Below, piece after piece: positions 21,035-30,029 of a stretch of DNA of 64,000 bases (within the stretch, counting starts at the first letter, position 1; each line of letters opens with the position of its first letter). The notes under the pieces were generated by a model, which worked only from the letters and a program-made list of their open reading frames with translations, ran no database searches and was not told the origin of the DNA. A program made the position numbers and the translations under genes. Source of the stretch: Parcubacteria group bacterium (lineage in GTDB: Bacteria; Patescibacteriota; Minisyncoccia; Moranbacterales; UBA11712); contig JBAZXV010000003.1 of assembly GCA_041659685.1 (NCBI GenBank), positions 66,040-130,039 of the forward strand, written 5' to 3'.

Positions 21035-21355
21035 CTATATTCTGGTGTTTACGATATTGACCACGGCATCGTCACCGAAGTTATCGGTAAAATATTCCTT
21101 GATAGCCGCTTTCAATTTTTCCCCTTGATTCTCTATGAACCCTAACCACCAGATCTCGCAGGAGGGATTCCTTTCCTCAGCCAGGAGATCCTGAGGGAAA
21201 GAAAAATTGATGCCAAAATCTTGGACGTTGACTATGCTGTAGATCAAAGAAGAAAGCTCGTCTCTAATCCTCTTGATGACAGCCGTATCCTTCCCGTCCA
21301 GCCCACTGACTCGACATACCAGATTTTCCGTACACTTAAATCTTTTCCCGACCAT
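21035..21355 (-). CDS. Hypothetical protein
   Basis: AAGGAG SD; 106-aa ORF. Confidence 0.55.
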   Translation of the reverse strand: MVGKRFKCTENLVCRVSGLDGKDTAVIKRIRDELSSLIYSIVNVQDFGINFSFPQDLLAEERNPSCEIWWLGFIENQGEKLKAAIKEYFTDNFGDDAVVNIVNTRI

Positions 21356-21422
21356 GGTAAGTCACTCTCCTTCCTCTATATTTTTTTCTTACCCCCAACC
21401 TAGCACGCCCTGCGAGGAAAAA

Positions 21423-22058
21423 TCAAGTTCTTTTCAGAACTTCACTATTCAAAGTATCAAAAATAATATCGGCTCTTTGAATGTGCGGGAGCAGTAAATT
21501 TCGATAATTCACGATGCTGATTTCCTCAAAATGCTTTCGAAGCGCTTTTCTGTTTTTGAAAACCGTCTTGAATCCCCCGCGCTTCACAACCCGGTTAATC
21601 AAAACATCTTCCGGCGCCCAGGTGAAGATGATGAAATCGGCCACTTCGCTGAAATCAAGCGTCCCTTCGACAATGATATTTTCCTCGGGAACAATTTTTT
21701 CTTTTTCTTTTTTTATACTTTGGGTTTTATAGCTGAAAACGGGCTTCAAAATGTTTTCTCCTTGTCTTAATTTTTCCATTTGCCGCAAGAACAAACTTTT
21801 CTTTCTCGAATTCCAATCATATCCAGAAATCCTTTCTCGCATCCGGGTGACAAGATCACAGGCAAAATAATCGTCAATGTTAACCATTGTCACGGCGCGC
21901 GGCAAAAGCCGCTTCAGATTTTTCCCGAGAGTCGTTTTTCCGCTTCCGGCCGCGCCCGCGATCGCTATGATTCTGTGGACATCGGCATTAATGATCCCGG
22001 CAATATATTCCTCGGGAGATCGCCGCAGACTGGATTTCTTAAACCCGGAAAATTTCAT
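21423..22058 (-). CDS. Uridine kinase/phosphoribulokinase-family P-loop kinase
   Basis: IAIAGAAGSGKTT, IDDYF, KPVFSY, IIVEG, ADII. Confidence 0.8.
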   Translation of the reverse strand: MKFSGFKKSSLRRSPEEYIAGIINADVHRIIAIAGAAGSGKTTLGKNLKRLLPRAVTMVNIDDYFACDLVTRMRERISGYDWNSRKKSLFLRQMEKLRQGENILKPVFSYKTQSIKKEKEKIVPEENIIVEGTLDFSEVADFIIFTWAPEDVLINRVVKRGGFKTVFKNRKALRKHFEEISIVNYRNLLLPHIQRADIIFDTLNSEVLKRT

Positions 22059-22079
22059 GGGACGAATCGCATAATATTT

Positions 22080-22150
22080 ATGAAGCTCCCTGATCTTACC
22101 TGCCTTGCCGGCAGACGGGCGCTCGTGATTTTTTTGCGAAGAGAGATAAA
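22080..22150 (+). mobile_element. Short palindromic non-autonomous element (IS200/IS605-like PATE/MITE), internally deleted copy
   Basis: Shares the left end ATGAAGCTCCCyGATCTTrCCTGCC and the right end TTTTTTGCrAAGrGAGATrAA with 53529-53680. Confidence 0.6.
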
Positions 22151-22254
22151 TTTATCTGAAATTTAGCAAATAATGGCCCGATAATCAAACCGAGGGGATT
22201 TGATTTTATTATTTCTTTCAGGTAAATTTTAGGCAATGGGTAACAGAAAAAAGA

Positions 22255-22620
22255 ATGAAGAAAATATTTTATCGAAAACTTATCCGCGACAATATTCCCA
22301 AAGAGATGTTAAGGGCCGGAGCAAAATTTGAAGTCCGAAAACTGGGGAAAAAGGATTTCGAAAAAGAGCTTCTCAAAAAAGTCGGGGAGGAAGCCAGCGG
22401 ACTTCTGGCGGCAAAAAACAAAAAAGAGATCATCGAAGAGCTGGCGGACGTCTTGGATGTGACCGAAGAAATCAGGCGGTATTGGAAAATAAATCCGGCG
22501 CGGATCAGAGAAAAGCAAAAGGAAAATGCCCGCAGAAAAGGCGGATTTAAAGAAAAGACTTATCTCGTCTGGTCGGAAGATACGGGATACAGGACGAATG
22601 AGAAAAAATATAATAAATGA
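22255..22620 (+). CDS. Nucleoside triphosphate pyrophosphohydrolase (MazG/PRA-PH-like, COG4997 type)
   Basis: YRKLIRDNIP, KVGEE, EELADVLDV, K...KGGF. Confidence 0.88.
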   Translation: MKKIFYRKLIRDNIPKEMLRAGAKFEVRKLGKKDFEKELLKKVGEEASGLLAAKNKKEIIEELADVLDVTEEIRRYWKINPARIREKQKENARRKGGFKEKTYLVWSEDTGYRTNEKKYNK

Positions 22621-22664
22621 TTTTCCCATAGCTATCGCAGTGATAATATTTCAGAATACCTAAT

Positions 22665-23423
22665 ATGCAAGTGAAATTCATTTGCCTCAACTTATGGCTC
22701 GGCGGAAAAATTTTTGATCCGATCCTGGAATTTCTTGAAAAAGAAAGTCCGGATGTTTTGGTTTTGCAGGAGGTTTATGACGGAAAAGATTCCGGATTAG
22801 AGAAAAGACTGCGATCATTTGAATTTATCAGGCAACAACTGAATTACAATCACTCCTTCTTTTCTCCGGCTGTTATTGACATTCATAAGGAAGGGAAAAT
22901 AGAACAAGGCAATGCGATTTTATCCAAATTGCCGATTGTCAAAACAAAAACCGTCTTCTATGATATTCCCATTCGGGAAAGAAAAATAATCGAAGGTCCC
23001 GGAGATTTTTCTTTAACACCCCGCAATCTGCAGCATGTCGAAATAGAAGCTGGAGACAGGAGCATAAACATATTCAACACCCAAGGAATCTGGGGAAAAG
23101 ACGGAGAAGACAACGAGAGGCGCCTCAAAATGAGCGAAATTATAGTTCGCGAAATTGAAGGCAAAGGAAATGTAATTTTGGCAGGGGATTTTAACACCTA
23201 CCCAAAAACAGAAACCGTCGCAATGATAGAAAAAAAACTAAAAAACATATTTAAAGACAAACTTGCGACCACTTTCAATATGAAACGGAAAAATAATCCC
23301 CTGTTTATTCCCAATGTTGTCGATTTTGTTTTTGCGAGCGAAAACATAAAAGTGGTTGACCGTTATTGCCCTGATGTCGATATTTCTGACCATCTTCCCC
23401 TCGTTTGCGTTTTTGAAATATGA
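22665..23423 (+). CDS. Endonuclease/exonuclease/phosphatase (EEP) family protein
   Basis: CLNLW, DVLVLQEV, GNAILSK, ILAGDFN, VDFVF, SDHLP. Confidence 0.92.
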   Translation: MQVKFICLNLWLGGKIFDPILEFLEKESPDVLVLQEVYDGKDSGLEKRLRSFEFIRQQLNYNHSFFSPAVIDIHKEGKIEQGNAILSKLPIVKTKTVFYDIPIRERKIIEGPGDFSLTPRNLQHVEIEAGDRSINIFNTQGIWGKDGEDNERRLKMSEIIVREIEGKGNVILAGDFNTYPKTETVAMIEKKLKNIFKDKLATTFNMKRKNNPLFIPNVVDFVFASENIKVVDRYCPDVDISDHLPLVCVFEI

Positions 23424-23426
23424 AGA

Positions 23427-23457
23427 AAGCGCCCGCCGAAGTCCGGAGGGCGCTTTA
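23427..23457. terminator. Bidirectional terminator
   Basis: AAAGCGCCC/GGGCGCTTT stem between convergent genes. Confidence 0.75.
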
Positions 23458-23470
23458 TCTGCTAGGGCCT

Positions 23471-24304
23471 TCATTCATACCCGATGTCCGTAACCGTGAC
23501 GGAATTGGGTCCGCGGCGCAAAAAAATGGATATTTTTCCGGAAGCGACACGGATTTTCTTTTTGGAAAATATTCCCGAAAATAGCGCCTGCAGATCGATC
23601 ACACTGTCGATATCAGTTTCGGAAAGACGGATCAATCTGTCTTTCATGACATGAAAGCGATCGATATTCCCCTTTCTGATCCGCAGAATGCTTTTCTTTG
23701 CCTTGTCTTCATAATCAAGGGGAATCGACCTGCCGCCGGCGCGGATCACTTCCGGAATCCCCAACGAATCAAAGTCTATTTCCCCGGCTTTCTCTTCCCG
23801 GTATCCTGGCGGCGTGAAGACGCGTTTTTTAGAAGCTTCACCGCTTTTTCTTTTCCTGCGGCGAACAGGAATTTTCCGCATCGCCTCGTCCTTTGCGGGT
23901 TTCCTCAATGGCTTTCTCCTCTTCGAAACCCAAAAGTTATTTAAGTCCTTGAAATCAGCAATACCTGCGCTTATCAGGCAACGGATGATAAGGTGCCTGA
24001 CATTAATCCTTTCCTCTCCAAAGCAAAGCGCGCCGCTTGCGGCTGATTTTTTTCCGGTAGCCAAAAAGTCCAGGGCTTTTTTGAAACTGGCGACGTATTC
24101 TTTCAGAGACTTTGGAATGATTTGCTGCTTCCCGCAGATCACTTCCAATTTTTGTTCGTCAAGTTTAAGCTTCATGGTCCGCTTGCTATAGGTAGCGTAG
24201 TGTGTGACCAGTCTCAAATTTTCCATTATACGGTCGCTTATTCCAAGAATGGCTTTGCATTCTTCCGCGACAAGCATCAATTTCATCAGTTCCAAGTTGG
24301 ACAT
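23471..24304 (-). CDS. Basic hypothetical protein
   Basis: 277-aa ORF with a Lys/Arg-rich central linker; no family motif recognised. Confidence 0.6.
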   Translation of the reverse strand: MSNLELMKLMLVAEECKAILGISDRIMENLRLVTHYATYSKRTMKLKLDEQKLEVICGKQQIIPKSLKEYVASFKKALDFLATGKKSAASGALCFGEERINVRHLIIRCLISAGIADFKDLNNFWVSKRRKPLRKPAKDEAMRKIPVRRRKRKSGEASKKRVFTPPGYREEKAGEIDFDSLGIPEVIRAGGRSIPLDYEDKAKKSILRIRKGNIDRFHVMKDRLIRLSETDIDSVIDLQALFSGIFSKKKIRVASGKISIFLRRGPNSVTVTDIGYE

Positions 24305-24491
24305 TTCACACCCCGCTGAATTTTTAAATAAGCAAGGCCCGAAGAGCCTCTAGACTGATACGGCGATTGACATTGGCAAATTTCAGAAACGGGTTTGACC
24401 ATTACCCGTTTTTTTCATATTATTCAATTAAGGCCTGCTGCGTGGCATCATACGCAGTTATTTTTTAAATATAATATCCACCCAAGCAATT

Positions 24492-25211
24492 ATGAAAAAG
24501 AAACCGAAGTACAAGCGAATTCTTTTGAAGCTCTCAGGCGAAGCAATGCGGGGAAAGCGGGAGTTTGGAATCGATCCGGAGTTTATTTCGTATCTCGCTT
24601 CTGAAATCGCCGGCGCGCACAAACTTGGCGTTCAGATCGCTGTTGTCACCGGCGGCGGAAATATTTTCCGCGGCGTGGCCGGATCGAAGCGGGGCATGGA
24701 CGAAGCCACCGCCCACTATATGGGAATGCTTGCCACCATCTTTAACGCCATGGCTCTCCAGGATGCCCTTGAAAATAAAGGGCTGGTCGTCCGGATGCAA
24801 ACCGCCATTGAAATGAAGCAAATAGCCGAAAATTTCATCCGCAAAAAAGCCATCCGCCACATGGAAAAGGGGCGGGTCGTGGTCTTGGGCGGCGGAACAG
24901 GGCTTCCTTTCATCACCACCGACACCGGCGCGGCAATGCGGGCGCTTGAACTCGGATGCGACGCGGTTTTCAAGGCGACAAAAGTGGACGGAGTTTATTC
25001 CGACGATCCCGTTAAAAATCCGCGGGCGAAAAAATTTGATAAGCTTTCTTTCGAAGAAGCTTTTAAGAACGACCGGATAAAAATAATGGACAAGGCGGCC
25101 GTCGAGCTCTGCATGCGGAACAACATGAAAATTGTCGTCTTTAACACCTACAAAAAAGGCGCCCTTCAGAAAGCGCTCCTCGGAGAAAAAGTGGGAACGG
25201 TCATTGAGTAG
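24492..25211 (+). CDS. pyrH: Uridylate kinase
   Basis: KRILLKLSGEA, GGGNIFRG, MGMLAT, TTDT.AA.RA, KATKVDGVYSDDP. Confidence 0.97.
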   Translation: MKKKPKYKRILLKLSGEAMRGKREFGIDPEFISYLASEIAGAHKLGVQIAVVTGGGNIFRGVAGSKRGMDEATAHYMGMLATIFNAMALQDALENKGLVVRMQTAIEMKQIAENFIRKKAIRHMEKGRVVVLGGGTGLPFITTDTGAAMRALELGCDAVFKATKVDGVYSDDPVKNPRAKKFDKLSFEEAFKNDRIKIMDKAAVELCMRNNMKIVVFNTYKKGALQKALLGEKVGTVIE

Positions 25212-25223
25212 CAAGACGAAGTT

Positions 25224-25251
25224 AAAACGTCCATTTCAATGGGCGTTTTTC
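25224..25251 (+). terminator. Intrinsic terminator after pyrH
   Basis: AAAACGTCCATT/AATGGGCGTTTT stem plus T tract. Confidence 0.7.
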
Positions 25252-25291
25252 GTTGATATGGTATAATGACTAAAACAAATAAAACAATAAG

Positions 25292-26266
25292 ATGAGAAAA
25301 AAGATAAGCAAATTTCTGAGACGTCTGGGAAACCGGCACAACATCACCGCTATCGGAAATATTTTAGCTGTTTGCGGTATTTCTTTTGCCTTGGCGTTGG
25401 TGACAGCCAGCTTCTCCCGTTATCGAGGCGCCCAACTCCAAAAGGAGAAGCGCCAGTCCGCTTATTCGGATGAGTTGAAAAAATTATCCGGCATAACCAC
25501 TGATCTCAAACAGGTTTCTGATCCGACTGCCGATTGGAAAACCTACGAAAACAAAAATCATCATCTTTCGCTTAAATATCCCCCGGCCTGGCAAGATGCG
25601 CGGGAGAACTTTGCCAATAAGGGGGAAAATTATCTCCTCAGGATATCTTTCGATGAAAAGGGATTAATGGGCGGGAACGGCGTAAAGGGATTCGATGTTT
25701 TCATTTACAGCGCCGCGAAATTCCCCGGGCCCATAGGAACGGATGATTTGAAGAAAAAAGCTGAAAATATTTTACTTGAAGACTGTCCGCATCTTGACGA
25801 CATTACACTGGGAGAAAAAGGCTACCCGGCCAAAGAGGTAAACGTTTCGCGGGACAACCCGTGCTTCGAAGAAACTTTTTTCTACAGCCTCACAGAAAAC
25901 GGATATACATTTAACATAATTCCCCGACAGGAAAAAAATAAAATTATTTTTGAATACGGGAAAAAAATTGACACCTTGGGAAATTTTTCAGAATTCTATG
26001 ACATTGTTTCCACTCTCGATTTTGCACAGCAAGAAAGCATTATTCAAATCCCCAAGAAAATCATCCGAAGGGTGGCCAGTCCCGCACAAGTCAGGTATAC
26101 TTCCGGAGCGCGCTGCGCTGAAAAAAACGACCATCCGAGAAACAGCAAGACCAAAGGCAAGCATATGGACGAAGATTGCTGTCCTGATCCAGACGAATGG
26201 CCGAATCCCCATTGCGCTTATTCCAGCAGCGCACTGAACCTGATGAGAGCCAGGCCAAAAAAATAA
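25292..26266 (+). CDS. Membrane-anchored PsbP-like protein with a Cys-rich C-terminal module
   Basis: TM segment, WKTYEN....SLKYP..W motif, C-terminal CAEKNDHP...HMDEDCCPDPDEWPNPHCAY. Confidence 0.65.
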   Translation: MRKKISKFLRRLGNRHNITAIGNILAVCGISFALALVTASFSRYRGAQLQKEKRQSAYSDELKKLSGITTDLKQVSDPTADWKTYENKNHHLSLKYPPAWQDARENFANKGENYLLRISFDEKGLMGGNGVKGFDVFIYSAAKFPGPIGTDDLKKKAENILLEDCPHLDDITLGEKGYPAKEVNVSRDNPCFEETFFYSLTENGYTFNIIPRQEKNKIIFEYGKKIDTLGNFSEFYDIVSTLDFAQQESIIQIPKKIIRRVASPAQVRYTSGARCAEKNDHPRNSKTKGKHMDEDCCPDPDEWPNPHCAYSSSALNLMRARPKK

Positions 26267-26518
26267 TATTTGCTTCTAAATATAAATTTTCGCAGAAATT
26301 GTTGCTTGGAAAATTTACTTTTGTCGAAAAAATACATAGCAGATCCGCGTCCGAATTTTTTTCGCGACAAAAATAAACCTCGAGTTCAATTTCAATAAAA
26401 TTTATATTAGAAGTTAACCGCTTATGGGAAAATTAACCAAAGAATAAAAAATCAACCCCGCACCAATTCATTATTCTTTTAGCGTGTGGTTTTTTAAAGA
26501 AAATATTTAAAATAAACG

Positions 26519-27166
26519 ATGGTGGAACCATTAGAAAAACCGAAAAATGGTGCCGGGGTAAACATATTTATCCTCTCCAGTTCCCTTTACGTCTCTTTCC
26601 AAATTTTCGCCAATATCCTTTCGACTAAAATCGCTTTCTTGCCGATTATCAATCTGGCAATCGACGGCGGAACGATAATTTATCCGCTGACGTTTACGCT
26701 GCGCGATTTCGTCCACAAGACTCATGGGAAAAAAGACGCGCGGCAGGTGATTATCGTAGCGGCCCTTCTCAACGCCGTCATGTTCGGCCTTTTCTGGCTG
26801 GTCGGAAAGTTGCCGGCTGACTCTTCCTGGGGATACCAGGAGGCGTACAATCAAATCCTTCTCCCTGTGGGAAGAATTGTCCTCGCCAGTATCATTGCCC
26901 AGGTCATATCGGAGCTTATTGACACAGAGATATTCAGCATAGTATACAAAAAGACGAGCGACATCCGGGCCGTTTTCTCCTCAAATTTAGTAGCACTCGT
27001 CTTTGACAGCTTCATTTTCGGATTCATCGCCTTTCTCGGAGCTTTGCCGTTTTCAACCGTAATGCAAATTGTCCTTGCCAACATCTTAATTAAACTCGTC
27101 ATCAGCACCCTGAGCGTCCCGACAATCAAGCTGGTTCCCCGCACGGCAAAATTTGAAGATATATAA
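26519..27166 (+). CDS. VUT-family (YhhQ, queuosine-precursor-type) transporter
   Basis: ANILSTK, GTIIYPLTF.LRD, RIVLAS, S...D..IF, SN......DSFIF..IAF. Confidence 0.88.
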   Translation: MVEPLEKPKNGAGVNIFILSSSLYVSFQIFANILSTKIAFLPIINLAIDGGTIIYPLTFTLRDFVHKTHGKKDARQVIIVAALLNAVMFGLFWLVGKLPADSSWGYQEAYNQILLPVGRIVLASIIAQVISELIDTEIFSIVYKKTSDIRAVFSSNLVALVFDSFIFGFIAFLGALPFSTVMQIVLANILIKLVISTLSVPTIKLVPRTAKFEDI

Positions 27167-27192
27167 GAATATAATAAATACTATATAAAAAA

Positions 27193-27834
27193 ATGGACTA
27201 CCAAAAAGAAATTGCGAGGGCTCTTCTTGAAATCGGCGCGGTTGGTTTTAAACCCGAAAAGCCTCTCACCTTCAAGTCGGGAATAATTTCCCCCGTTTAT
27301 GTGGACAACCGCATTTTTCCGTGCCATCCGGAAAAACTTAAAATCGTCATTGAAGGATTCAGAGCTTTGGTTAAGGAAAAAAATATTGATTTTGATATGG
27401 TCGCCGGAATTGCGGTAGGGGGAATTCCTTACAGCGCTGTTTTGGGGTACGTCATGCAAAAGCCGTCCGTTTTTGTCAGAAAAGAATCGAAGGGATACGG
27501 AAAAAACAAACGGGTTGAGGGGGGAGACGTAAACGGGAAAAAAATACTGCTCGTCGAAGATCTGGTTTCAACCGGAAGCAGCAGCCTCTCCGGGGTCGAC
27601 GCTTTGCGGTCCGAGGGCGCGATTATTGATGATTGCCTTATTATTGTCAGCTATGAATTTAAAGAAGCGGAAGATAATTTCAAAAAAGAAAAAGTCAATC
27701 TGCATGCCTTAACTTCTTTTCCGGTTATTTTTCAAGAAGCTGTGGAAATGAAAATTATTACCGAGGATGTGAAAAAAATAGTTGAAGACTGGCTCTCTGA
27801 TCCCCACGGCTGGGCAGGAAGGCACGGATTTTAG
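27193..27834 (+). CDS. pyrE: Orotate phosphoribosyltransferase
   Basis: FKSGIISPVYVDNR, VRKESKGYG, VEDLVSTGSS, W..DP..W. Confidence 0.92.
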   Translation: MDYQKEIARALLEIGAVGFKPEKPLTFKSGIISPVYVDNRIFPCHPEKLKIVIEGFRALVKEKNIDFDMVAGIAVGGIPYSAVLGYVMQKPSVFVRKESKGYGKNKRVEGGDVNGKKILLVEDLVSTGSSSLSGVDALRSEGAIIDDCLIIVSYEFKEAEDNFKKEKVNLHALTSFPVIFQEAVEMKIITEDVKKIVEDWLSDPHGWAGRHGF

Positions 27835-27858
27835 GTCGCGTAACGATTAGCGCAAAAC

Positions 27859-28491
27859 ATGGAGCAAACTATGGAAAAATTAAAAAACGAATACATCAAC
27901 GCTATTTATGCGGAGAAAGCATTTCTGGTGAAAGAAAAACCTCTTAGGCTCCACCATGGCGGAGAAAGCCATCTTTATCTCAATCATCGGGAATTTTTGT
28001 CGAAATACAAATACCTTGATCTCCTGTCCAATATCTATATTGAACTTATTCCAAAAGGACTGGAAAACTTCAAACTGGGCGCGCTTGATTCGCAGATGAG
28101 TCCGGTGCTTTGCGGATTGATTTCAGCCAAGTTGGAAAAAGATATTGTGATTGTGAAGGAGAATATCACTCCTTACGGCCTCGAGCAAAAGATTTATGGA
28201 AACCCAAGCGGCGAGATTGTGCTGATTGACGATATGACATCGACCGGAACAATGCCGATCAACGCGGCAAAAGCGCTCCGCGAAAAAGGCGCAACCGTAA
28301 AAAATCTCATTGTTTCCGCCTGCCGCGATCTCTCGGCAGTTGAAAATACGGCCAAGGAAGATATCAAGACTCTTTATGCCGCGACTTTTGAGGAAATTTT
28401 GAAAACTCTTTGGGAAAAGTTGAGTGATTCGGAAAAAAATACTGTTCGCAAAGAAATAGGAGAGAAAAAGTATAACTGGGAATTGAGATGA
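27859..28491 (+). CDS. Divergent type I phosphoribosyltransferase (PyrE paralog)
   Basis: LHHGGESHLYLNHR, VLIDDMTSTGT PRPP motif, LREKGATV. Confidence 0.8.
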   Translation: MEQTMEKLKNEYINAIYAEKAFLVKEKPLRLHHGGESHLYLNHREFLSKYKYLDLLSNIYIELIPKGLENFKLGALDSQMSPVLCGLISAKLEKDIVIVKENITPYGLEQKIYGNPSGEIVLIDDMTSTGTMPINAAKALREKGATVKNLIVSACRDLSAVENTAKEDIKTLYAATFEEILKTLWEKLSDSEKNTVRKEIGEKKYNWELR

Positions 28492-28494
28492 AGA

Positions 28495-28524
28495 TTGTTA
28501 CAGTATACTAGTATACTGTAACAA
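28495..28524. repeat. Perfect 30-bp palindrome
   Basis: TTGTTACAGTATACTAGTATACTGTAACAA equals its own reverse complement. Confidence 0.95.
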
Positions 28525-28561
28525 ATATAATTTACACAGTATAATAATTCACAAAAATCGT

Positions 28562-29359
28562 ATGCCAATTATCGAAAAATACAACAAACGCGCGGAGAGG
28601 GTGAATTCCCTTGCCTGCGTCGGGCTTGATTCGGAACTTGAGAAAATTCCGGAGCGATTCAAAAAACAGGAAAATCCGCAATTTGAGTTCAATAAGTGGA
28701 TTATTGACCAAACCCATGAATTTGTGGCGGCTTTCAAGGCCAATATCGCCTTCTATGACCAGCGCGGGGATCAGGGAATTCGGGAACTCAAGATGACCGA
28801 GGATTATCTCAAGGAAAATCATCCGGATATTTTCCGGATTTGCGATTCAAAGAGAGGCGACATTGGAAATACAAATAAGGGATACGTCGAGGAACTTTTC
28901 GACTGGTTTGATTTTGACGCAATCACCCTGCACCCTTATATGGGAAAAGAGTCGCTTCAGCCGTTTCTCGAAAGAAGCGACAAGGGATGCATAATCCTGT
29001 GCCGCACCTCAAATCCCGGCGCGGGAGAGCTTCAAGATCTTCTTGTCGGCGATAAGCCGGTCTGGCAAATTGTCGCGGAAAAAGTGCGGGACAACTGGAA
29101 CAAAAATAATAATTGTATGCTGGTTGTCGGCGTAACCGTTCCCGAAGAAGCAAAAAAAATCAGAGAAATCGTTGGAGATATGACGTTTCTTATGCCCGGA
29201 GCCGGCGCCCAGGGCGGTGATATTGAAGCTACTGTTAAGGCCTCTCTCAATTCAGAAAAGAAAGGCTTTATTTTGAATTCCTCCCGCGGCGTGATATTTT
29301 CGGAAAACCCGGCGGAAGAAGCCCGAAAACTTCGGGATGAAATAAATAAATATCGATAA
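28562..29359 (+). CDS. pyrF: Orotidine-5'-phosphate decarboxylase (type 2)
   Basis: CVGLD, FKAN, DSKRGDIGNT, RTSNPG, PGAGAQGG, NSSRG. Confidence 0.95.
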   Translation: MPIIEKYNKRAERVNSLACVGLDSELEKIPERFKKQENPQFEFNKWIIDQTHEFVAAFKANIAFYDQRGDQGIRELKMTEDYLKENHPDIFRICDSKRGDIGNTNKGYVEELFDWFDFDAITLHPYMGKESLQPFLERSDKGCIILCRTSNPGAGELQDLLVGDKPVWQIVAEKVRDNWNKNNNCMLVVGVTVPEEAKKIREIVGDMTFLMPGAGAQGGDIEATVKASLNSEKKGFILNSSRGVIFSENPAEEARKLRDEINKYR

Positions 29360-29444
29360 AGGTATCAATCATTAAAGGTATCTTCAAAAAGATGCATTTT
29401 AAAAAAATTGTTTTCAGGATTTTAAATGGCTGAAAAACATATAG

Positions 29445-30026
29445 ATGCGCCGAATATTAAAAACAGGCGGGATAATTATTGTTCTTCTGACGGTGTTATT
29501 GGTCGCGGCGGCAGCCTGGAATATTTCCGGCAACCGAAAAAAATACGATCCAAAAAATATAGTAATCAATAAATCTGACGCAATGAAGATTTCAAGTCCG
29601 GCATTTGAAAACAATGGAAATATTCCTGAAAAATACACTTGTGACGGACACAGCGTAAATCCGCCTTTGGAAATTACGGATGTTCCCGAAGGCACTGAAA
29701 GCTTGGCGTTCATCATGCATGACCCTGATGCGATTATTTCGGGAGGATTCGTCCACTGGGTGCTATATAATTTCAGCCCGGATACGAAAGAAATACCGGA
29801 GAACGGCAAACCGACAGACGCAACAGAAGGAAATAGCAGTTCCCATGAAACAGGGTACGTCGGCCCGTGTCCTCCTTTCGGGACACACCACTACCATTTT
29901 AAGGTTTTTGCACTTGATACGAAATTGGACCTTGATAGCGGAGAAACAAGGGATGATTTATTAAAAGCGATGGAAGGCCATATTATTGACAATGCGGAAT
30001 TGGTCGCCTTATATGAAAAACAATAA
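29445..30026 (+). CDS. YbhB/YbcL (PEBP/Raf-kinase-inhibitor-like) protein
   Basis: SPAF...IPEKYTCDG, DPDA, FVHW, GPCPP.G.HHY.F..FALD. Confidence 0.93.
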   Translation: MRRILKTGGIIIVLLTVLLVAAAAWNISGNRKKYDPKNIVINKSDAMKISSPAFENNGNIPEKYTCDGHSVNPPLEITDVPEGTESLAFIMHDPDAIISGGFVHWVLYNFSPDTKEIPENGKPTDATEGNSSSHETGYVGPCPPFGTHHYHFKVFALDTKLDLDSGETRDDLLKAMEGHIIDNAELVALYEKQ

Positions 30027-30029
30027 AAT

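Noticed and set aside
23427-23457. Extra copy of the cassette hairpin (minus-strand loop GGACTTCG)
   Set aside because: It lies between convergent genes with A/T tracts and is adequately explained as a terminator. It remains a caveat for the cassette hypothesis.
24534-25214. 226-aa antisense ORF, and many similar shadow ORFs over typA, the RND gene, copA and purB
   Set aside because: They lie fully opposite well-supported genes and show no protein motifs.
26400-26518. PreQ1 riboswitch upstream of the VUT gene
   Set aside because: An ATAAAAAA tract exists, but the short stem with a GTTC-type loop and the AAAAAACTA tail are absent.
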